A DNA stretch of 64,000 nt, from positions 157,477 through 221,476 of the forward strand of contig NW_003314359.1 in assembly GCF_000143415.4 (NCBI RefSeq), written 5' to 3'. This DNA is from Selaginella moellendorffii. Its lineage: Eukaryota > Plantae > Lycopodiophyta. Position numbers and translations under genes: made by a program. The notes under the pieces were generated by a model. It was not told where the DNA came from. It made no database searches and worked only from the letters and a program-made list of their open reading frames with translations. Shown here piece by piece: positions 1-11,514 of the stretch; positions within the stretch are counted from its first letter, which is position 1; each line of letters starts with the position of its first letter.

Positions 1-400
1 CCGCATTGCCAGCTTAGCGGCGCCACAGCGCGAGAATGTAGCTTGTCGCGCATGGATCTAGCGGCGCCGGCAAGAAATTACCTCCGTCCAGTCCGGCTGC
101 GGGGCAGCGGGGCGGATTTCTCATCACAGCGCATGCGCCGGGCCACCGATCGAGCTGCTCGCCACTCCCCCGCTGCGCAAAAGCCCTAACCCTAATCCTC
201 CAGCAATCCTCGCTTCACGCAGCAACCATAGCCATGGGCAAATGTTTTTCTTGACGCCCACTCCCGTTTGGTTTAAATCGCCCACGCCCTGTAAAAGAGG
301 ACACAACAGAATGTACCACGCCGTACCAGAATATGCTTAAAAGAAACGCCGAAATATCCATTCCAAACGCGGGAGAGAATATTCCACCACCTGTTAACTC

Positions 401-1151
401 CTATTCATTCCTGGCCATCATCATGTTCACAAATTCTTCGTAGTTTACTTGGCCGTCACCGTCGATGTCAGCGAGCTCGATCATCCGATCCAAATCCTTG
501 TCAGTCAGGTCTTGGCCCATCGTCTTGAGCACATTCGAGAGCTGCGAAAAAAGATTTGGAGGATCCAATTAGCACGGAAGTTTGAGAAAGAAAAATCTGT
601 CACGGAACCTCTGATGCCGAGATGAATCCGTTCTTATCCTTGTCGAAGTTCGCGAACGCTTCTCTCAATCTCACAGACGAATCTTCATCCTGTGGGGACA
701 CTCCCAAAAGACGAAATTTTCAGTTTCCTCGTGAGCATATGGCTAAAGTTACCTTCATCTTTTTGGCTATTAACTCCATGAAGTATGAGATATCGACAGG
801 GCAGGGATCGTCGCTTCCGGCAGTGACGCCGTCGATCATCTCTTGGAGCTCCTCCTGCGTGGCGTTGTAGCCCAGCGACGCGAGAGCCTTGCCCAATTCC
901 TTCTTGCTCGTCTTTCTTCCTGGGATTCACAAAGTTTAGAAAAACGAATAAAACGAGCACGCCTTACCCTTTCTCTGCAGCAAGTCGAGCACATCCTGGA
1001 ACTCGCAAATCCCTTCCTGCTGCTGTGATCCGTAGCCTGGAGAAAAATCCGAGCTTGGAGAGGCGGCTTGAGTTGAGCTCGTTCGCTTCTGCTGCGGCGG
1101 AGGTCCCACCGTCTTCGACTTCTGCACCGAGTGGCCACCAGACTTCCTCAT
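401..1151 (-). CDS. Calmodulin-like EF-hand protein (4 exons) with N-terminal extension
   Basis: The spliced translation gives [27 protein letters not shown]..., [27 protein letters not shown] and [48 protein letters not shown]3 and EF4 loops are canonical and introns are GT-AG. Confidence 0.85.
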
Positions 1152-1533
1152 TCCTCCCGCAGATAAGCGAGCAAGGAGCCTCTCTTATAGATCCCCTAAG
1201 CTTGCTGGGAAAGCTCTAAGAATTTCGCAAGGAAATCCTGGAAACGCAACTAAAAGAATGCTTAGTCGACGGTCCACTAGCGTAGCAATGGACCCTCAAG
1301 TTACGCCAGTAATACGGAACCTTCGCTTGTCGCGAAAAGTTGGCTGGATTGTCTAAGAAGAAAGTTGTTCACCGATAGCAAAACGTGTAAATCCAGTCGC
1401 GATCACGAGCATGCTCTTCGCCACAGCCAACTAAAACGAAGCATTAGTCGTGCAGAAAAAGAAAACTAAGTAGAGAAGAAGTGTGAGCTTCGACAAGTAA
1501 ACCGGTTAGAAGTAGAAAAGAAGTACCTTGTTC

Positions 1534-4077
1534 CTATGCCTTTCCTTGTGAGCTTCGACCGAAGGGATTGCGTTTCGTAAGTTTCATCTTTTCCATGAGT
1601 TCCTGCGCCTCGTGAACCTTCCCAGCTCTGGTCAACCCCCAAGCAAGCGTGTCATACGTTATCGCGTCGGGGGGACATCCCTTGGCGATCATCTCGGCGT
1701 ACAACCTGTGAGCTCCATCGAGTTGCTTGTGGTGGCACAGAGCTCTCAGCAAGGTGTTGTAAGTCACCACCGTCGGGTGACACCGTCTCTGTGCCATGCC
1801 CCGGAAGAGCTTGAACGCGTCCTCGAGCTTGTCCGCGCGGCAGAGGCTGTTGAGAAGGATGTTGTAAGTCACGACCGTCGGAGCGATCCCCTGTGTGACC
1901 ATCTGCTCCAGGAGCTTGTGCGCCTCGTCCACTCTCCGCACCTTGCAGAAACCATCGATGAGGCAGCTGTACGTCGCAACATTCGGAGTGACGCCTTTCT
2001 TCACCATGCCGTCCAGGACTTCGGCTGCTGCTTGCACCTTGCCCGACTTCGAAAGCCCGTCGATCAGAGTCGTGTACGTGACCACGTTTGGGACGCAGTT
2101 ACTGCGGACCATCTTGTCAAAAACGTCCTTCGCAGCGACCAGATCCTTCTTCTTGCAAAACCCGTCGATGAGAGTGTTGTAAGACACCTCCGTTGGAACG
2201 TATCCTTTCCCGGCCATCTCTTTGAACAGCTCGTAAGCCGTCTCGATCCGCCAGGCCTTGCAGAGGCCGTTGATCAGGGTGTTGTAAGTCACGACGTTGG
2301 GGTTGATCCGTTGCTTCACCATCTTCTCGAAAAGCAAGCGTGCCTCCTCCACTTTCTCCTCCTGGCAGAGTCCACTCAGGACAAAGTTGTATATGAAAGC
2401 ATCCGGCTTTATACCTCTCGTCGCCATCTCCTCCACAGTGGCCAGTGCATCGTCGATCCTCTTCGTCTTACACAGCCGCTCCACAATAGGCCCGTACGTG
2501 AGAGCGTCTGGAGGGGCGTAGCGTGCCATCTTCTCAATCAGCTCTCGAGCTTCTTCCACCCGGTTGAGCTTGCACAGCCAGTTGATAATCGTGCTGTAAG
2601 CGATGGCTTTCCGCTTGAATCGTTTTAGCCGCATCGTGTGAAGAAGCTTGTAAGCCTCGTCAAAGTTGCCGACTTTGCACAGGCACGAAATGAGGATGCC
2701 ATAGCCAGACGCTCGAAGCGTATACCCAGCCTCCACCATGCCCTGGTAAACTTCTTTCACTTGTTCCAAGCGTCCGGCTTTCGCAAAACCATCCGCGACA
2801 GTGTTGAAAGTTGCTGCTCCCGGTATAACTCGCCGAAGAGCCATCTCTTTGAGGAGAACAAGCCCGTCGTCGGGGTACCCCGCTTTGCAGAGTGACTCAA
2901 TGACGATCTCGTATACCTGGCTCTCGAAAACCATACCTTTCTCGAGCAGCAGTCGCAGGAGCTCGTTGGCGTCCCACGCTTGTATTCTGTGGCACACGTT
3001 CTGGAACACAACTGGTAACGTCGGCTCGAAGCCTCTCGCCTTCAATCTCTCAAGTGACCTCCAGAGCTCGGTGTCCGAAAATCCGAGTTCTCTCTCGGCA
3101 GCATGAACTTTGCGTTCCTGGAGCAGCACGCGGTCCCTTATCGTCCGAAGAGTGGACGCGTCCAAGGCAATGTCTCCTCCGGTGCTTAGCATGTCGAACA
3201 GAGCGTAGACCTCCGTGAGCGGCCTGGAAGATAAAATGCCCCCGACCAAGATACCGACGATCGTATCACCCACGGGATAGCCTCTATCCACCACCGTCTC
3301 GTAAATCTCAAACGCTTCCTCCACCATCTTTCTCTCGCAAAGAGCCACCATGACGACTCTCAAAGTCACCTCGTCCGGCCCGTGAGCATCAACCATCCAG
3401 CCAAAGTACCGAAGCACACTCTCCATCTTCTCGAGCTTGCAAAAGGCCTTGATGATAAACTTGAAGTCACTGGCAGGGAGCGTCGTTCGTCCTCGGGAAA
3501 CCACACTCTCAATCATCACCCGGGCGTTCTCCAGATCCCTGCTAGCCACGGAGCCCCGGATCATGATCGAGCAGATGGCCAAGTTCGGCCTCAAACCACT
3601 GTTGAAAAGCGGCCTCGCGACTCTGCCAACTTCCACGCTCAAGCCAGCCTTGAAGAGCACCGGGAAGAGGCAGTGGAGCGCTTGCCAGCTCCCACCGATG
3701 GAAGCTTTCTTCTCGGCCCATCTGTAGAATCCAAGCAGAGTCTCCGCGTCTACTCCAGTGTTGCGCTTTGCATTGCTCCACAGCACCGCGCTGACGACGT
3801 TGCTCGTTAGCCAAGGCTTCCCCTTCCTTCTTACTAAGAACTCTCTCTTTCCTCCTCCAGGCAAATCTTTCCTCTCTTCTTTGGAGATTTCTCCTGAGAT
3901 TTTCTTCCTTCCTTCTTCGTCGGCGGCTCTTCCTCTTCCTTCTTTTCGTCTTCCTTCGGAGAGGATCCCCTCGAGCTGCTGCTCCCAATCCCGCTGCTGG
4001 AGAATCTTCGTGACCTCGGAAGCCGTCAATTTATCCTTGAGCGTGATCCTCCACGATCTGCCGCTGCCTCTAACCAT
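1534..4077 (-). CDS. P-class pentatricopeptide repeat protein, intronless
   Basis: 847-aa ORF with tandem 35-aa repeats (PNVVTYNTLINGLCK, PTVVTYNILLNSLCR and similar). Confidence 0.93.
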   Translation of the reverse strand: MVRGSGRSWRITLKDKLTASEVTKILQQRDWEQQLEGILSEGRRKEGRGRAADEEGRKKISGEISKEERKDLPGGGKREFLVRRKGKPWLTSNVVSAVLWSNAKRNTGVDAETLLGFYRWAEKKASIGGSWQALHCLFPVLFKAGLSVEVGRVARPLFNSGLRPNLAICSIMIRGSVASRDLENARVMIESVVSRGRTTLPASDFKFIIKAFCKLEKMESVLRYFGWMVDAHGPDEVTLRVVMVALCERKMVEEAFEIYETVVDRGYPVGDTIVGILVGGILSSRPLTEVYALFDMLSTGGDIALDASTLRTIRDRVLLQERKVHAAERELGFSDTELWRSLERLKARGFEPTLPVVFQNVCHRIQAWDANELLRLLLEKGMVFESQVYEIVIESLCKAGYPDDGLVLLKEMALRRVIPGAATFNTVADGFAKAGRLEQVKEVYQGMVEAGYTLRASGYGILISCLCKVGNFDEAYKLLHTMRLKRFKRKAIAYSTIINWLCKLNRVEEARELIEKMARYAPPDALTYGPIVERLCKTKRIDDALATVEEMATRGIKPDAFIYNFVLSGLCQEEKVEEARLLFEKMVKQRINPNVVTYNTLINGLCKAWRIETAYELFKEMAGKGYVPTEVSYNTLIDGFCKKKDLVAAKDVFDKMVRSNCVPNVVTYTTLIDGLSKSGKVQAAAEVLDGMVKKGVTPNVATYSCLIDGFCKVRRVDEAHKLLEQMVTQGIAPTVVTYNILLNSLCRADKLEDAFKLFRGMAQRRCHPTVVTYNTLLRALCHHKQLDGAHRLYAEMIAKGCPPDAITYDTLAWGLTRAGKVHEAQELMEKMKLTKRNPFGRSSQGKA

Positions 4078-4382
4078 GGAACGAGAGATTCTTCCCTCAA
4101 ATCTCCCCCAGCGATTCGCATTCTAGCCTCCGCATACCTCCCAAGATCCAGCGTCCTCCTCCATTCGCAAAGAACCCTAAACCCCAGAAGAGTGGCGAAT
4201 GGCCGATCAGCACGTGGCATCTAGGGCTTATTTGGCACGAGGAGAAGGCGTGAACCCTGATTTCTTGTCTCGTCTTCCTTCCCTCCATGGCGTCGCGCAA
4301 ATGCCGCTTCTGGATCGATCGGCGGAAGAGAGGATTCGATTGGCGCTAGCGCTGGAGGAATTTCCAGGAGGGAAGAGGAGGA

Positions 4383-5420
4383 ATGTTCCAGTTTGGAGGC
4401 GGCGCCCAGGCGGCGCCTGTGGCGGCCACCGAAACGCCATCGCTTCTCTCGGATTGGAAGGCCTATGCCATGGGAGGAGGAGGATCGGCCGCAGCTACTG
4501 TCAGCCACGACCAAGAGGCGGGGGCGTTTAGATCCGCGTTTAACACGTAAGTTCTCAAAATTTTCCAAGCTAGTGGATCTTTCCATCTAGAGCTCTTGCT
4601 CCTTTCAGTAGCTTCAAAGCATTCTTGCTGCTTCATGCGTTACTGTTCTTGGATTTTAAGTAGCATTTGCTCTGCTCGCATCCTTTGGATCAGATCATTA
4701 GCTGTTTTTCTTTTTTCTTTTTTGCTCTTCTTTCTCTTGATCAGATCTTTAGCTCTAAATGTTTTCTTCCAGGGTGACTACGAGGGTGACAAATTTGCCT
4801 GGGAACGTCCAGACGGCTGCCACAGGCGGCTTGCCATCGCGAAACCAGCTGCTCTACTTCAGCATCATGCTCGGGGCCGGCTGCTTCTTCATCTTCATCT
4901 CTCTCGTCATGTTTTTGCCGCTCATCGTTCTCATGCCCGCCAAGTTTGCCTCGTGCTTTTCCCTCGGCAGCTGCCTTGTCATCGGTTCCTTCTTCGCCTT
5001 GAAAGGCCCCAGAGCCCAGCTCGCACACATGATGTCGAAAGAGGTACCGATCGTCGGGTTAATCTACTTGGAAACAAACTAAGAGGTGAATGAACTCCAT
5101 GTTTCTACTCTTTCGCTGTGAGCTGAGCTCTGCGAGTTTGCTTTTGCAGAGACTACCCTTCTCTGTTGCGTTTGTAGGAAGCATGGTGGGAGCGATTTAC
5201 TCGTCCGTGATCATGCACAGCTATCTTCTTTGTTTGCTTTTCTCCGGTATTGAGGTAATCAAGCTCCTGTTTTTGTCTACTCCATCACAGCTTGAGTCGA
5301 GCCTTGCAGATTTTAGCGTTGCTATACTACGTGTTATCGTATTTCCCCGGTGGCACTGCGGGTTTGAAATTCATGCTGTCAATGATGAAGAACATGATCC
5401 TGGGCTGTTTTCGCAGGTGA
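4383..5420 (+). CDS. SFT2: Vesicle transport protein SFT2/Got1-family
   Basis: Exon 1 reads MFQFGG...SLLSDWKAYA. Later exons give LIVLMPAKFASCFSLGS, GPRAQLAHMMSKE/RLPFS and YVLSYFPGGTAGLKF, which are SFT2 hallmarks. Confidence 0.88.
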
Positions 5421-5541
5421 CACTAGATTCATCACTTGTAGCATAGTGCACGAAATGTTTTCCAAGAAGGATAATGCAATCAACGCCCGTTCTTCAATTA
5501 CAGTGATAGATCTTACAGAAAAAACCAAAAAACATGAGGAT

Positions 5542-7048
5542 TTAGATAGGTTGACCCTTTGGAGTGATCAAATCCTTGAGCCACATGTAAATGGGAACCA
5601 GCACGAAATAGAGCGAAGCAATCCCACCAACGAGGAACCGGAAGAAGAACGTTAGAGGATTGCTGGGAGCTTGAACGTCCTCGGTCTTGGGACCAAGCTG
5701 GAAGATCAACAAAACAGAGGAAAGATCAACACAAAACTTAAGCCAAAGAGCACAGCAAAACTTACATCCAGAGGAGAGTCGCCAGCTTCTGGTTTCACGC
5801 CGGTGACCGAGCAGCCCATGATCAATCCGTGCCTCCTCACGCCCCGGTACCATTTGGGTCCGATTCTCTTGAGCTGCACGTCCTGGAAGCCTGCCTTGGT
5901 GAACCAGTCTATGTACTCTTCCTCCTTGGGGAAGAGCATCCACATATCCGCGAAGAAGCGCGAGAGCCAGAAGGTGGGGTGGACGGGACCGATCAAGCAC
6001 GCCTTTCCACCTTTCTTGAGCACGCGGTACGCCTCTTTGATGCCTCGCTGAGGGTCGGGCCAGTACTCTATGCTGCAGAGAAAGAAGAAAGTTTCGATCA
6101 AAGTCAGACCTTTCACCGTTTAGCAGTAAATCCTTGATGCATGCTTCAAGTCAGGCGTTAGCAGGAAATCCCAGAACATTGATCCATGCCATGAAGCCAA
6201 ACGGTGGTCTCACGTGAAAAACTAAAGAACTAAAGGCACCGGTCCACAGTCACGCAAGATCACTTTGATCACGTAAAGCAGCAGACGATCTGATCTCGCG
6301 CAAATCTAAAACATGGAATGGCTGAGAAGATCCAGTACAAACTAGATCCCGTGATCCTGCCAGGAAAAAAAGCTCCACGCATGCATCCAATACACAGAAA
6401 ACACTGTATGCTCCAAGAAAAAAAACCATGGAGGAAGAAAAGTGCACAAGAAAAAGCTTACCTCCCAGCCGAAACGTATCGATCGGCGTAGTCGGTCCCG
6501 AAAGGAAGATCCTCCGCGTCCCCTTCGATGATCTTGCACTCCTTGAGCGGCTCCTTCTCCTTGGCCTTGGCCAACTGGTGTGGCGACTGATCCAAAATGG
6601 TAACATTCCTGGCGTCCACATGCTTGACAATCCCCAGCGTCGTGAATCCGGTGCCACCGCCAACATCCACCACCACCAAGTTCCGGTCGCTCAGATCCGC
6701 CGGCTCGAGCGCATCATCCCTCATGTCCTCGGTCCAGTGCCCCGGATTGATGATGTGGTCGTAGATTATCGACAAGAAGCGGTAGAACCAGAAGGCCTCC
6801 TGCTTGTGCTGGATGAATCGCGGCTGCATTGCCGGCCGGGGCGATGCCGACGCAGATTGCGCCGCGGCACATCGAACGAGCGGCGAATTCCTGCGCATTC
6901 TCGCCGCGACCGCTAAACCACCCCTAAAACCCTTTCTAGATGGAAACCTGGCCGATATTCTCGCAATGCGAGGAAGCTCGCTGCCGGAGGCCCCGCATTC
7001 GAGCGCCTGGACCGTGCGAGGCGCCGCGGCGGCCATTGCCATAGCCAT
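5542..7048 (-). CDS. VTE3: MPBQ/MSBQ methyltransferase, chloroplast
   Basis: Transit peptide followed by PRFIQHKQEAFWFYRFLSIIYDHIINPGHWTEDMRDDALEPADL, VVDVGGGTGFTTLG and IEYWPDPQRGI, ending in PIYMWLKDLITPKGQPI. Confidence 0.96.
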
Positions 7049-7221
7049 TCCGCCAAAACCACGAAGAACTCGAAACTATGTGAGATTTTGATTAGGTTAC
7101 ATGCCATAGTCCCATGAATCAAAACAATACAATAGTTAAGCTGATTATCGGCAAAATTGGAACTATAACACTCAGTTTCCTTGGCAAAACATTGACGAAC
7201 ATTTTTTTGATGCTTTTCTTC

Positions 7222-10117
7222 TCAATCCTCCTCACTTTCTTCTTCCTCGGCTTCGTTAAGCCACTGAAAAGAGAGGATCGATCAGTGATATAAAAGTGAT
7301 GGAAATAAAAAAAGAAGCTTACTTTGATGAAGCTCTCGCATTGCCTCAAGAACACCTTGTCCGCTTCCTCGGCTCCGGCCTTTTCCGACGCCCAGGACAT
7401 CACCGCTTCTTCCGACACCAAGTCCTTGTCATAGAGCTCCTCCACCACCTGAGGTTGTGCTTTCCGGGATTAAATCTATGCGGGAGTGACGACGAAGCGA
7501 GAGTTACCTTGGAAAACAGTGGAGAGAATTCAGAAGCGCTCTCGAGACACAGCTCCTCGAACTTAAGGAGAACTTCGATCTACAAACGGGAGAGAATCGG
7601 TGACGACATGGTAAAGAAAGACAAAAGAGAGCTACCTGGTCGTCCTCGGACTTTAAGAAGTTGCGGAACAGCGTCGACCATTTCGAGATGACTTGCTTCG
7701 TTGTCGACAAGAGCTCGGCTAAACAAATGACTGCACATTAAGAGACTACACAAGTGGAAAAAAAACAAACCGGCAGTAGAATGTGGCGTCTCAAGAGCCA
7801 GGTTCAGCATGGCTCTAAACATTGCTCCAGCGCAGTCTGAGAACGCCTTATTGTATCCCAATCTGAGATTTCGACGTCTTATTTAACGAGTAGAGTGACA
7901 AAAGTGCACTTACTTCAGGGAATTGACTTCCAGAACCACGTTCTCCAGCTTCACTCCGTTCACCGCTCGCTTGAAATTCTCTTCAACCTAAGATCACACA
8001 TCCATCAACATTTTCGTCAAAAAGAACCAACAAGATTTACCTCTTTTTCAAAGTTGTCGTCCTCGTCAACGCTCTCTTCCTCGTCACTTAAGAGTTTCTC
8101 CTCGGGAATGACATCGACATCTTGGATATCATCTTCTTCTTGCTCTTGTTTGGCCATCAGTTCCTTGATTTTCTCACCGCTGATGGCTGCCACAGACTGC
8201 TTCCATTCTTCGTCGTGGACTGCGTCCTTAAACCAACGATAACCCGCTCCGTCTTGTCCTACCTGAACTTTGTTTGCAGATATGTCTGAGAAGAAACATA
8301 TACAAACCACACCTCTTGACTAGACCAAGACTGCCTGACATTGTCTTTGCCAACGGAGTTTTCCTTCTTCCGATCGTCTGCAACCATAGACGATATCAAA
8401 ATGTCGGCATTAGGTTCGAAACAAATCCTTCCACCTGAATCGTCACCAGTTGAATCTGCATACTCAAGCTCCTCATCGCTGCTATCTTGTTCCGTGGGTT
8501 CAGGAACACGAGATATTTTTGAGTATTGTGGTACCGTGAAGCTTTCACCAATGGTAACCTGTACCATATCTACACAAGGTCATGGTATAAACCGGATAGT
8601 ATAGCTAACCTTGAACGAGAGAACAACTCCAGGCTCTAGTCTGGCGCCGGCTTTGACAAGGACACCGTCGCAAATGATAGACTGAATAACTTGTACATTG
8701 TCGGCTATTGTCACATTGTCCCAAATGTAGCTTCCTTCCACGATCACATTCTCACCAATTTTGCATCCCCGGCCAATAACTGAGTTTTTGATCTTGCTGT
8801 GACTGCCAATTGTAGTACCCTGCCCAAGGAACGTATTTTCGCCGATCAATGCATTTCTAGAAACGGTAGCACCTGGCAAAAGAAAAAGAATTAGAGAGGT
8901 CAAGTCTAGAAAGACTACCTTGCTCTCTGTACTTGTTGCACCGATCCAGATTCACAGTGGCTTGCGAGTCCGAGAAGGAAACTTCAGGAACAATGGGATA
9001 CGTCCACCTATGTAGCACATCCTTGCTAACGACGTCATACGCTCGAAAGTTGTCGATCCGAGTAGCATAGTCTTCAAAAATCTCGTAAGTGTACACCTTG
9101 TTTCCCATGATCTTCAGGCAAACCCGTATACTTAACTAAGCATTTCATATTATAAAACCAAAATGTTTGGATACCTCGTCGCTCAACAGCCCTCGAACAA
9201 AATCTCTCCGCATCTGCTGGTAATCGAAGTTGTCGGTAAAAAGCATCAGAACTTCCGGCGAGCATATATCGATATGACAGTCCTGTGAAAAGCAATAACT
9301 TGAATATCCGAAACCTCCTCATGAAATAAAATAAAATAAAAAGAACGAACCTGCATGTCGAGGTGAAGCCGGACACCTTGCCTGCCAGCCAGCAAATTTT
9401 TGTCTAGCAAGATCGATTGGCGTTGCTTGTTGGGAGCACCATAGTGGAGAAGTTGCTTCGTAGCCGGATCAATCGCAAGAACGAGCTCCTCATTGCCAAG
9501 GCGCGTCTGATGCGTCAATGGTGATGGCTTGCAGCGCTTGACAACCATTGTCATGACGGCTAGCTTGTCCTTCGTCCTTCGCGCTTTGTGCTCCTGTATA
9601 ACTTCTTTGAGCGGCATGTTGCTCACAGTGTCGCCGCTTACAAGCACAAAGTCTCCCAGAACCTTGGACGAAGAAACTCATCGTCAACTAGAGCACAAAC
9701 TTCTAGCAAACTACGTACCACATTTCTCTGATCGATCGAGCGGAGCGCATCGCCAACGCTCACGCAGTCATCGGACTGGATGCAAGTGAGCTTGAAGTTC
9801 CACCGCGATGTCTTGAGATAGCTCGTGACTTGCTTGGCATGAGCGCAGCAAAACACGAACACCTCCTCAATGCCGGCCGAGGCGAGCCATTCCAGAGTGT
9901 AGTCGATCATCGGAACGCCAACGAGAGGGAGTAGCACCTAGAATTCCAATGAATTGCCATACTATTAGAGTCACACAAAGCGTACCTTAGGGCGCTCCAT
10001 TGTGATCGGCCGGAAGCGCTGCGTGAAGCTGTCCGCCAGGAGAATCGCTTGCAAGGGAGTGTGAGCTTCATCGTCCGCCATTTCCTGCCCGCGGCGGCCA
10101 GCTCTCTGTGCCGCCAT
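7222..10117 (-). CDS. Translation initiation factor eIF2B epsilon subunit (multi-exon)
   Basis: [40 protein letters not shown], a hexapeptide LbH region ([16 protein letters not shown]), and a W2 C-terminus [13 protein letters not shown]. Confidence 0.95.
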
Positions 10118-10222
10118 TTCCCTCGCGAAAGAATCCCTCTTTCCCTCCCAGCTCTGTTTTTAGGGTTCTTCACACCCAAAATCACAACTAGAAGAAACGC
10201 TCTAAAGGGTTTAAACAGTTGT

Positions 10223-10296
10223 GTCTGGGTGGTGTAGTTGGTCATCACGCTAGTCTCACACACTAGAGGTCCCCGGTTCGAACCCGGGCTCAGACA
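10223..10296 (+). tRNA. tRNA-Val(CAC)
   Basis: Cloverleaf with acceptor stem GTCTGGG/CTCAGAC, anticodon arm CTAGT-CTCACAC-ACTAG and T-loop GGTTCGAACCC. A T-run terminator follows at ~10302. Confidence 0.96.
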
Positions 10297-10427
10297 TTAG
10301 GTTTTTAATTTTGTGGTCCCTTTTCATTATTCGAGGCTTTAAATAATTTGAGAAGGATTGCCCTTAGGGATTGCGTGAGAGGGAGCGAGAAGGCGGCCTT
10401 GGATTGCTTGTGATCGATCGATCGACC

Positions 10428-10687
10428 ATGGCGGCGAGCATCTTCAAGCAGGAGCACCCACTCGGTGAGCGCCTTTCTTTCCTCGCCGAGAATCTCTTTT
10501 CTTAGCTCGATAATCTCGCAGAGAAGAGGCAGAAGGAGGCGGCAAGGATCAAAGAGAAGTACCCCGATCGAGTGCCCGTGAGTAGAGCTTTTCCTTTTTG
10601 TTTCCCTGATTCCTTTATGGATCCTATCAGGTAATTGTGGAGAGGGCCGCCAAGACCGACATGGGCGAGATCGATAAGAAGAAGTAA

Positions 10688-10742
<55 letters not shown>

Positions 10743-11109
10743 CTCCGGAATTACTCTAAAGCTTACGCAATTCTCTCTCTCTTCTGGGAATTACTCTAAA
10801 GCTTTCGCGCGATCTTCTTGCTCGCAGGTACCTCGTCCCGGCTGATTTAACCGTTGGCCAGTTCGTCTATGTGATCCGGAAGAGGATCAAAGTGACTCCG
10901 GAGAAGGCAATCTTCGTTTTCGTCAAGAACACGCTACCGCCGACTGGTATGAGCCGTCGAGACGTAATCCCACGTATATTGATTTACACTGTTCCTTTCC
11001 TTTTGTAGCGGCATTGATATCGACCATCTACGAGGAGCACAAGGACGAGGATGGATTCCTCTACTTCACGTACAGCGGGGAGAATACCTTCGGCCAAGAA
11101 GAACACTAG
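10428..11109 (+). CDS. ATG8: Autophagy-related protein 8 (5 exons)
   Basis: [69 protein letters not shown]...[24 protein letters not shown]. The exons are too short to appear in the ORF track. Confidence 0.96.
10691..10739. repeat. (CT)n microsatellite in an ATG8 intron, followed by an 18-bp direct repeat (GGAATTACTCTAAAGCTT x2)
   Basis: Directly visible in the sequence. Confidence 0.9.
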
Positions 11110-11514
11110 GCTAGAAGAAATCCTCCTTGACACTGCAACGCTCAAGGGAGCTTCTTTCCTTTCTTTGTACAAAGCGATTTCTTTGTTCATACAGATTTAT
11201 TAACCAGCATATTCCCAAAACCATTCCTTCCAATAAGATCGGCCATCTTTTGGCGAATTTCTCCCTGCAAAGAAACTCTTCCGAGATCACGCTATGGAAG
11301 AACTTCTCTTAAGCCACGATTTCTTCCAGCGAAATTCTAGCATTGCTTTACTTGATATCGAGAGAAAGCTTCTCCTCGGCTATCGATCGGATTCACACAA
11401 GTTTCACGTCTTTCAGTGACAGCCACCTGAAATTTTCAACAATGAGCCGCACATTCTCTCCAAATTCGAAATTCAAATACCTTCTTTCCCGCCTGTTCAT
11501 AGCCAAGCTTTTAC

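Noticed and set aside
1-306. Possible first exon of a minus-strand gene running off the window (telo-box, GAG|GTAAT donor at ~81)
   Set aside because: The ATG frame hits a stop after 6 codons and no product is recognisable, so it cannot be supported.
1612-2628. Long antisense ORFs over the PPR gene (and similar ones over the MFS, GST and epimerase genes)
   Set aside because: These are shadow ORFs caused by high GC3 codon usage and contain no motifs.
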